Shown: piece after piece, positions 47,831 to 55,365 of the stretch
Numbering within the stretch: the stretch's first letter is position 1
Layout of the letters: each line of letters opens with the position of its first letter
DNA from: a virus
Lineage: Duplodnaviria; Caudoviricetes
Direction: 5' to 3' (one strand)
Length of the DNA: 64,000 bases
IMG/VR virus record: IMGVR_UViG_3300028048_000055
Span: 101,062 to 165,061 of that record
Notes under the pieces: generated by a model
Told to the model about the DNA's origin: nothing
Database searches by the model: none
Seen by the model: the letters and a program-made list of their open reading frames with translations, nothing else
Translations under genes and position numbers: made by a program

Positions 47831-47971
47831 ATGAAAAAGTTGATTAAAATTATTTGCGCAGTTCTCGGTATTTCTCTTGCGAGTGGGTTAGTCTATAGAG
47901 AACGAGAAACAATTATGGATCTACGAAAGAGACTCGTAGAGATGAGGCATTTCACAGTTAATAAGAAGTAA
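47831..47971 (+). CDS. small single-TM protein
   Basis: 46-aa ORF MKKLIKIICAVLGISLASGLVY... Confidence 0.4.
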   Translation: MKKLIKIICAVLGISLASGLVYRERETIMDLRKRLVEMRHFTVNKK

Positions 47972-48044
47972 ATATCATTTTACATTTCTACTGTGAAATG
48001 TTTTCTATATTTGTACTATAAAGTTTAAAATAAAAGGAAAATCT

Positions 48045-48791
48045 ATGAAAGACTTAACTCAAAATGTGATTAATTGGACCAAGGACTTTTTTAAGGCAGT
48101 AGGCAAGACTGATGCAGTTCTTGGTATTTCTGGCGGTAAAGATAGTTCAGTAGTGGCTGCAATTTGTGTTGCTGCTCTTGGTAAGGAACATGTCCATGGA
48201 ATTTTGCTTCCGTGCGGAATTCAGAAGGATATTTCTGATTCCTATAAACTTGTAGATCATCTTGGTATCGATTATGATGTTCAAGATATTGAAACTCTTG
48301 TAAAGGAATCTCTGGCTCTGGTTCCTGGTGCAGATAAATCTTATGATGCAAAGACCAATGTTCCAGCTCGTATTCGAATGAATCAAATTATGGTAGCAGC
48401 ACAAACAAATAACTGGTTAATGGCTAATACCGGAAATCGCAGCGAAAATATAATTTCATGGATGACGCTATTTGGTGACCATGCGGGTAGTTTCGCGCCG
48501 CTTGATATGTTGACTACCGAAGAAGTTATTGAAATCGGCGATGACCTTGGATTACCTTATGAACTTACGCATAAAGTTCCTATTGATGGGCTTCAACCTC
48601 TTTCTGATGAAGAAAAATTTGGTTTTAGCTATCATGAAATTAATGAACTTATTAGAAAAGGAATTCGCGGCGAACATTATGATAAAATTATGAAAATGTT
48701 TAACGCTGGTAAGTTTAAACTTGAAATGTTAAAATTTGCACATTTTGATCCGAAGCTTCCGGATTATTTCAGAGATAATTTTAATATTTAA
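48045..48791 (+). CDS. nadE: NH3-dependent NAD+ synthetase
   Basis: LGISGGKDS, NVPARIRM, TGNRSE, TLFGD, DEEKFGFSY. Confidence 0.92.
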   Translation: MKDLTQNVINWTKDFFKAVGKTDAVLGISGGKDSSVVAAICVAALGKEHVHGILLPCGIQKDISDSYKLVDHLGIDYDVQDIETLVKESLALVPGADKSYDAKTNVPARIRMNQIMVAAQTNNWLMANTGNRSENIISWMTLFGDHAGSFAPLDMLTTEEVIEIGDDLGLPYELTHKVPIDGLQPLSDEEKFGFSYHEINELIRKGIRGEHYDKIMKMFNAGKFKLEMLKFAHFDPKLPDYFRDNFNI

Positions 48792-48813
48792 ACAAAATTT
48801 AAAAGAATAAAAA

Positions 48814-48936
48814 TATAAATATATTATAAAAGAATAATATGTGGAAGTTTTATTCTTGTTTAAATAAATTTTTGGAACGGTTAAAATACGAAACTTCCAC
48901 AATAGCGTGTTTTAATCGTTCTTTTTTATTAATATT
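48814..48936 (+). promoter_or_regulatory. late promoter plus paired-hairpin leader RNA with complementary loops
   Basis: See findings. Confidence 0.65.
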
Positions 48937-50400
48937 ATGACAAAAATTTGTGGAATTTATAAAATAACAAATAAAATTAATGGTAAATGCTATATTGGTC
49001 AGTCTAAAGATATAATTAAACGTTGGAAAACTGAATATAAATGGCGTAAATTAAATAACCATTTATTAGCTGCGTTTAATAAATATGGTCTTGAAAATTT
49101 TAATTTTGAAATTATTGAAGAATGTGAACCAAGTTTATTAAATGAACGTGAAAAATTTTGGATTAGTATTTATAATTCATTTGATAGAAATTTTGGTTAT
49201 AATAAAACATTAGGCGGTGCTGGTACACCTGGTCGTACTTTTGTAATGACTGAAGAAATAAAAAATAAAATTAGATTAGCTAATACCGGTCGTAAATTTA
49301 CTGCTGAACAGCTTGATGAATTTAGAAATATAATTAGAGATAATCAAATCGTTATATATTGCTATGAAACAAATAAGTATTATACTTCTATTGCCAATGC
49401 CGCCAGAGAATTAAATATTTGTAAAGATGCAATTAGACATGTTATAACAAATAAAAATAATCAGGCATCAAATTATAGATTTTGTAAAATAACAGACAAC
49501 ATAAATGATTTTGTTACCAACTGCCAACAAATAGATATTTATATAAAAGAAAATAATTTATCATTAAAACAATATTATAGCAAAATAAATCGTACCGATA
49601 AAAAGAAAGTTAAATGTATAGAAACAGATATTATATATGAATCTATCATGGATGCATCTATTAAAACAGGTATAAATGATAATAGTATAAGTAAATGTTG
49701 TAATAATAAGCAATATACTGCATTTAATTTACATTTTAAATTTGTAGATTTAAATGATATTAATAAAACTAATATAGATTCAAATAAGAAAAAAATAATT
49801 TCTGAAAAAATATCTAAAATTCAAAAAGGTAGGATTAAATCTCCAAAAGAACGGGAAAAATTAAGTCAAGCGCATTCTGGCAGAAAATTGACAGATGAGC
49901 ATAAACGGAAAATTGGATTGGCGGGTAAAGGTAGAAAACTTTCAGAAGAAACAAAACAAAAAATGAGTATATCTAAAAAGAATGCAGAATATATTATAAA
50001 AAGTCGAAAACCTGTAAAATGTATTGAAACTGGCCAAATTTGGGAAAGTATAGAAGATGCAGAAAAAGAAACGGGTTTACAGGTATCGAGATGCTGTAGA
50101 GGTTTGTATTTAAATACAGGTAATTTACATTTTGAATTTATAAATGCTATAGATAATGAAGAATTTTTAGATGCAAAAATGAAATTAAAACAAAATTGGT
50201 TAAAAACGCATAAACCAGTATATTGTATTAATAATAAAACAATATATAAAACTAATGTCGCTGCTGAAAAAGAATTAGGTACTGAACATCATAAAATAAC
50301 TAATTCTTGTAATAAAAATAAACCGTGTAAAGATGGTTATCAGTATAGATGGTTAACATCAGAAGAAATTAATAAATGGATAAAAAATTGTTTAATATAA
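48937..50400 (+). CDS. GIY-YIG homing endonuclease with NUMOD3/NUMOD1-like repeats
   Basis: GIYKITNKINGKCYIGQS, GYNKTLGG, repeated VKCIET..YESI and KLSEETKQKMS. Confidence 0.88.
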   Translation: MTKICGIYKITNKINGKCYIGQSKDIIKRWKTEYKWRKLNNHLLAAFNKYGLENFNFEIIEECEPSLLNEREKFWISIYNSFDRNFGYNKTLGGAGTPGRTFVMTEEIKNKIRLANTGRKFTAEQLDEFRNIIRDNQIVIYCYETNKYYTSIANAARELNICKDAIRHVITNKNNQASNYRFCKITDNINDFVTNCQQIDIYIKENNLSLKQYYSKINRTDKKKVKCIETDIIYESIMDASIKTGINDNSISKCCNNKQYTAFNLHFKFVDLNDINKTNIDSNKKKIISEKISKIQKGRIKSPKEREKLSQAHSGRKLTDEHKRKIGLAGKGRKLSEETKQKMSISKKNAEYIIKSRKPVKCIETGQIWESIEDAEKETGLQVSRCCRGLYLNTGNLHFEFINAIDNEEFLDAKMKLKQNWLKTHKPVYCINNKTIYKTNVAAEKELGTEHHKITNSCNKNKPCKDGYQYRWLTSEEINKWIKNCLI

Positions 50401-50409
50401 ATTATAGGG

Positions 50410-50438
50410 TTGACAATAATATTTTTCTTTACTATATT
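50410..50438 (+). promoter_or_regulatory. early promoter TTGACA-N17-TATATT
   Basis: Consensus match. Confidence 0.75.
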
Positions 50439-50474
50439 TTATTAAAACAAATAAAAATATAAGGAAAAATAGAA

Positions 50475-50843
50475 ATGACAAGTTCTTTAATTTATGCATT
50501 CAGTGTTTTTACTGGCTTATATAATATGATTACATTTGTTGGCATTCTTACTATTGTTGCATGTCTTGCTATTAGCATATTTGCATTTATTGAAAATAGT
50601 GAACATGTTTTTAAGGATGAAGTTCTTATTACGTTAAAAAAGTGGGCAAAGCGAACTGGCATTATTTCAGTAATTTTCATTATCCTTGCAATTTTTGTTC
50701 CGTCTCCTAAGACTGTAGCAATGATGTATGGTGTTGATTATCTTCACCAGTTGAATACCAATGCAGAAGTTACTACAACACAGCTTTACAAAGATATTAC
50801 TACTATTATCCATAACTATGCTGTAGATAATAAAGAAAAGTAA
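50475..50843 (+). CDS. membrane protein (2 TM)
   Basis: Hydrophobic segments; IFVPSPKT motif. Confidence 0.65.
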   Translation: MTSSLIYAFSVFTGLYNMITFVGILTIVACLAISIFAFIENSEHVFKDEVLITLKKWAKRTGIISVIFIILAIFVPSPKTVAMMYGVDYLHQLNTNAEVTTTQLYKDITTIIHNYAVDNKEK

Positions 50844-50877
50844 AGATACCTGAATAAAAATATCATTATAAAAACTA

Positions 50878-50906
50878 TTGACAAAAGTCAGTAGTTTTAC
50901 TATATT
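50878..50906 (+). promoter_or_regulatory. early promoter TTGACA-N17-TATATT within a hairpin
   Basis: aaaactattgac/gtcagtagtttt. Confidence 0.7.
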
Positions 50907-50930
50907 ATAATATAACAAAAAGGATAATAT

Positions 50931-51434
50931 ATGTTTAAGAATATTATTGAAGTCCATAAAAAATTAAATGATGATGCAGGATTTTATTATAATCATACCA
51001 GTGATGGAGATCCTACTTATTTTGGATTCATTACTGTTATGTCTGTAATATGTGGAGTTATTTTATTTGTTAGTGGCTTAGTTAATATTCTATCTCCTGA
51101 AGGTATGACCAATCCAATTAAATATGTTATGTTGGGTACTGGTATTTTGACGATTGTTTTTGGTATCGGTTATATGGCTGTAGCAGATAAAATTATCAAT
51201 TATAATTATAAACAGAATGATGTTATTTTATTGCAGATTTTTGTTTATATGGCATCAATTTTTTCTGGTTTTATTAGTATCGTTCTTGCATTCTGTATTG
51301 TCTTTGATGTTTTTAAATTATTAATTTATGATATTCCGTTAAAGATTTTAAATTATATTACAAATACTGAAAAGAAAGATAATGTTGAGACTTTAACAAA
51401 TAAGTTTATAAATTATCAAGCACGAAATTATTAA
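50931..51434 (+). CDS. membrane protein (3 TM)
   Basis: Hydrophobic segments; C-terminal VETLTNKFINY. Confidence 0.65.
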   Translation: MFKNIIEVHKKLNDDAGFYYNHTSDGDPTYFGFITVMSVICGVILFVSGLVNILSPEGMTNPIKYVMLGTGILTIVFGIGYMAVADKIINYNYKQNDVILLQIFVYMASIFSGFISIVLAFCIVFDVFKLLIYDIPLKILNYITNTEKKDNVETLTNKFINYQARNY

Positions 51435-51452
51435 TTAAAAGGAAAATAAAAA

Positions 51453-51656
51453 ATGGAAGAAAAGAAACTTCAATCCCTTATTACCACTCTGCTTAAGATG
51501 GCAATCGAACAGGAAAAGCCTGGAAAGTATAATACTGTCATTGCTGATCTTCTTGCAGCTGAAGGTGTTATCAATGTTGTTATTATGGACCATCGTGGTG
51601 GTACTGTAGTAAGTTACCAGAATGCACAGGGTGTCATTACTCTCTTAGGTGAATAA
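51453..51656 (+). CDS. hypothetical protein
   Basis: SD AAGGA. Confidence 0.55.
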   Translation: MEEKKLQSLITTLLKMAIEQEKPGKYNTVIADLLAAEGVINVVIMDHRGGTVVSYQNAQGVITLLGE

Positions 51657-51658
51657 TA

Positions 51659-51967
51659 ATGCAAGGTTCTATTGAAAAAATACAAGAGCCATTAAAGACA
51701 CAATTACGAGAACTACTTGATTGGCTCTTTGATAATGGCGTATGGTTTTCTTCAAGACATACATATGGATATAATATGTATGAACATGAGAATGAAGATG
51801 ACTTTATTGAAATGAATATGTATAAGAGATTTTTTTACATAGGAATTTCTAAACCAAAATTCTATATGATTCATGACCATCTAGGTCAACATTGTGAAAG
51901 ATGCATCGATAGAACTGACTATAATTCTTTTCAAGAAATATTTGACGCCATTAAAGAAGGATTTTAA
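51659..51967 (+). CDS. hypothetical protein
   Basis: Packed ORF. Confidence 0.55.
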   Translation: MQGSIEKIQEPLKTQLRELLDWLFDNGVWFSSRHTYGYNMYEHENEDDFIEMNMYKRFFYIGISKPKFYMIHDHLGQHCERCIDRTDYNSFQEIFDAIKEGF

Positions 51968-52169
51968 TAAAGCCAGGAAATACTTCCTGGTTTTCCTTCT
52001 TATTTAACAAAATTTGAAATTCAATTAATATAAATAAAACGAAAAAAGAGAATTTCTATGAGTTTGGTCGGTATATCTCGACGACCAAAACCTAAATTAC
52101 AAAACTTGGATTTAGGTTTAACAACGAGGTAATATTAAGGAACACGTAAGGTTCCTAAAGGATAAAACA

Positions 52170-52613
52170 ATGAATGATCTCTTTAACGTAATCGACTCTC
52201 TTATTAACCCGTTCTGGTTCCAGCAAGGGTTTGTACCGGTAGAAAAGGCAACAGTATCTGTGCCTGCGAATATCTACCAAGAAGCTGACGGATCCGGAAC
52301 AGTCGAAATCGCTATTCCTGGTAAAACCAAGGATGATATATCTCTTGAAAAAAAGACCATCGATGGCGTAAATTACTTGGTATTCGATCTTGTCGAAAAG
52401 AACGAAGAAACTAAGGAAGAAGAGAAAACTGAAGGCGATGAACCTAAACGTACTGAACTCTTGAAGAAAATCAAGGTAACAAAGCATTGCGAAATTAGAA
52501 TTCCGCCGACTCAGGATATCGATAATTTGAAGGCTAAGGTTGAAAATGGTCTCTTGACCATTACAGTTCCGGCTGTAGAAAAGGCAAAGCCTATCAAGTT
52601 CGAAATCGAATAA
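52170..52613 (+). CDS. small heat-shock protein (Hsp20/alpha-crystallin)
   Basis: PANIYQ..IAIPGKTKDDI..AKVENGLLTITVP; late promoter 52029-52036. Confidence 0.85.
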   Translation: MNDLFNVIDSLINPFWFQQGFVPVEKATVSVPANIYQEADGSGTVEIAIPGKTKDDISLEKKTIDGVNYLVFDLVEKNEETKEEEKTEGDEPKRTELLKKIKVTKHCEIRIPPTQDIDNLKAKVENGLLTITVPAVEKAKPIKFEIE

Positions 52614-52676
52614 TAAGTTAAAGTAGTATAAAATAAGAGCGGGCCACAAAAAGCCCGCCTTATTCATCAAAAGATT

Positions 52677-52964
52677 ATGAAAATTACAGAAGTAACATTA
52701 ACACATACAGAAGACTCTAAACCTACCAAACAATCTGTTCAGAACAGTCATTCTGACTCCATAAACACGTTCTGGAGGACTTTTCCTCGTTGGGATATGA
52801 AAACGGATATCCTCGATGAAAAAGTCGATAAAACACGTATTATTGCAAAATTAGGAGAGAATCTTATCTGTCAATCTACATTCTCTGGTAAGCACCATAT
52901 TACATATTGGAAATATTATAAGACTAGAGAAGAATACGAAGAAGATAATATTCAAAATAATTAA
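52677..52964 (+). CDS. hypothetical protein
   Basis: ORF. Confidence 0.5.
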   Translation: MKITEVTLTHTEDSKPTKQSVQNSHSDSINTFWRTFPRWDMKTDILDEKVDKTRIIAKLGENLICQSTFSGKHHITYWKYYKTREEYEEDNIQNN

Positions 52965-53006
52965 CAGGTATTTACTTTCTACAAAAATTTACTATATTTA
53001 ATTATT

Positions 53007-53450
53007 ATGAAAGCAATAAGCTGTGGCGTTATTATAATTGATAAAGAGACACGTAAGATTCTTGCATGTCATCCGTCTTGTCATTCCTATAAGCCTGGTA
53101 ACTGGGATATTCCTAAAGGCCACGTAGAAAAAGGTGAGACTCATATTCAGACTGCTTTGCGAGAACTTAAAGAAGAATCTAATATTACTTTACAGCCAGA
53201 GGATCTCTATGACTGTGGTTTATTCTTATATACCAAATATAAGGATTTACATCTTTATGTAGCAGAAACAGAAGTTTTTATGCCTATGCTTAGTTGTTCT
53301 ACCTATTTTAATTTTGAAGGTAGAAGGCCTCTCGAAGTTGATGACTATCGATTAATTAATGATACTGAAACTGATATGTATTATAAAAGTTTAAGACCTC
53401 TCGTTAATGATTGTCTTAAACGCTATAAAGAAGATAAAGGATTAACATGA
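53007..53450 (+). CDS. Nudix hydrolase (T4 NudE-like)
   Basis: SCGVII, WDIPKGHVEKGETHIQTALRELKEES. Confidence 0.85.
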   Translation: MKAISCGVIIIDKETRKILACHPSCHSYKPGNWDIPKGHVEKGETHIQTALRELKEESNITLQPEDLYDCGLFLYTKYKDLHLYVAETEVFMPMLSCSTYFNFEGRRPLEVDDYRLINDTETDMYYKSLRPLVNDCLKRYKEDKGLT

Positions 53451-53899
53451 AACTAGCTGATTATGAAAGTTTAAAAGTAAGGGCAGAAAATGAATTAAAA
53501 ATGCCTGATACTATTGAAGAGATTATTAAGAAAAGAAACTTACTTCCTGGACTTGAACAGAATTATACAAAGCTCCTCGCAGTTCAGACTCAGCTATGTG
53601 CTGACCTAGAAGTTGACCTTGCTGAACTTTATGGTAAGCTATACAAGTGTTTTAAGTTTCCTAGGATGAATAAAGAACTTATATCTGAATATGGTCTTTC
53701 GATTAATGAAATTTGGGACACTTCTAAAGGTATTGAAAGCCAGATTGATTGCGTTCCTGCTTATATCAAAATGAAAAAAGAATTGAATATTCAAAAAGCG
53801 ATTAAAGAATTTGTCCAAGATACTAGAAAAAATATTATAGATTTAGGATTCGCAATTAAAGATTACCTAGACTATAAACGTGGATTAATGTCGACTTAA
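53447..53899 (+). CDS. uvsY: UvsY-like recombination mediator
   Basis: Helical 150 aa; C-terminal GFAIKDYLDYKR resembles T4 UvsY RGFAIKHIQDMR. Confidence 0.65.
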   Translation: MKLADYESLKVRAENELKMPDTIEEIIKKRNLLPGLEQNYTKLLAVQTQLCADLEVDLAELYGKLYKCFKFPRMNKELISEYGLSINEIWDTSKGIESQIDCVPAYIKMKKELNIQKAIKEFVQDTRKNIIDLGFAIKDYLDYKRGLMST

Positions 53900-53901
53900 A
53901 A

Positions 53902-53932
53902 AGAAAACCGGTTATTAAAACCGGTTTTTATT
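53902..53932. terminator. bidirectional terminator
   Basis: aaaaccggtt/aaccggtttt. Confidence 0.75.
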
Positions 53933-53933
53933 T

Positions 53934-55358
53934 TTACAATGGTTTAATATAATAATTTAATGATGTAAACAAAGTATTACTTGGAAATGGCATCATATCA
54001 CTAATACTGGCACGTTGTTGAATCTTATATGTATTCGCATTAGTTATAGAACCTGCAATTTGATTAACTATATTACTTGCATCATCTATTAATTTAAAAT
54101 AGGTTCCATCTAATTCATTATTAGAATATACCCATTTATCAGATTCATATGTTGCTGTATTGCCAGCATATACAATATTATTGGTACCGCTTTTTCCAGT
54201 TACTAAAAATCCATAATTCACAGATGGGAGAAATACCATTTTACCAGTAGATTCAAATATTACTGGTTGTGATATATTAACTGCAGTATATACATCACTG
54301 TTATCAATAACAGTTACTGTCCCTGCAGAGTCACTGATTTTTGATTTATCTGCTTCTGCTTCTGTCAAAGATCTATAGAATTTAACTTCACTTTTAACAC
54401 TTGTCCAGGTTTCTACACCTGCTTCAACAAAACCTTTAAAATAAGTTATTGTAGAACCGTTTGTTCTTTTAATAAAATAATTTGTTTCAAAACTATCAAG
54501 TGAATCATAAGTTCTAAAATTTTTATCTTCTATATACCAAACATCTGTTTTTAATTCTCGTTTTGTTAATTGATTATTTAATGCTACACTATTCGTTGTT
54601 TGTTCATTTATTGAATACATTTTTATAGACGCTGCATTTTTAAAACTATATGAATCATGAAATCCATTACCACCTTTAATACCTATACCCATCCATTGTG
54701 CCGCGAATTGTTTTGTTCCAATTGTATTAAAATAATTACTTAATCCTTCTGCTGAAATTATACCGTTAAATCCAAGAGTAAAACCATTTTGAATAGTAGC
54801 AAGATCAACATCGATAGTTGAACCATTTGCATTAGGTCTTGCATAAATGTTAATATTAGTTTTTAAATTATGTGCAGCAGATGTAAAATTGACATCACTA
54901 TATGTATAATCTAAAAAATGTATATGTCCTCGTCGATAACTAAAATCGCCTCCACCTTCATCACCGAATTGATTTGTTGTATCATTACACGACCATTCAC
55001 CCCAATTACGATCTCTTTGTGCTTGTGTAAAGTTAAAGTCAGATGAAAATGCATGTGCTTCATTTAATGCTTGTTTATAGTCCTGCAAATTTAAAACTAA
55101 ATTATTATTACCCCAGTAAAATAATGATTCAATACCTGGAGCTGTATCATAAATAAGATCATATGGCTTATTTGAATATTCCATATGAAATGGCACAATA
55201 CATTGTGGTTCATCATTATTAGAAACCATTTGATGCATTATATAATTTGGTCTTTTATAAATACTCCAATCTACAGCTGGAGGTACAGCCGTTTCCGCCC
55301 ATGATAATATCACCGCAGGTTTTGCTTTATTATTTTTATTCACATAAATATCTGACAT
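53934..55358 (-). CDS. putative tail/virion structural protein
   Basis: Beta-rich N/S/T composition; within the tail module. Confidence 0.55.
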   Translation of the reverse strand: MSDIYVNKNNKAKPAVILSWAETAVPPAVDWSIYKRPNYIMHQMVSNNDEPQCIVPFHMEYSNKPYDLIYDTAPGIESLFYWGNNNLVLNLQDYKQALNEAHAFSSDFNFTQAQRDRNWGEWSCNDTTNQFGDEGGGDFSYRRGHIHFLDYTYSDVNFTSAAHNLKTNINIYARPNANGSTIDVDLATIQNGFTLGFNGIISAEGLSNYFNTIGTKQFAAQWMGIGIKGGNGFHDSYSFKNAASIKMYSINEQTTNSVALNNQLTKRELKTDVWYIEDKNFRTYDSLDSFETNYFIKRTNGSTITYFKGFVEAGVETWTSVKSEVKFYRSLTEAEADKSKISDSAGTVTVIDNSDVYTAVNISQPVIFESTGKMVFLPSVNYGFLVTGKSGTNNIVYAGNTATYESDKWVYSNNELDGTYFKLIDDASNIVNQIAGSITNANTYKIQQRASISDMMPFPSNTLFTSLNYYIKPL

Positions 55359-55365
55359 AAAAACC

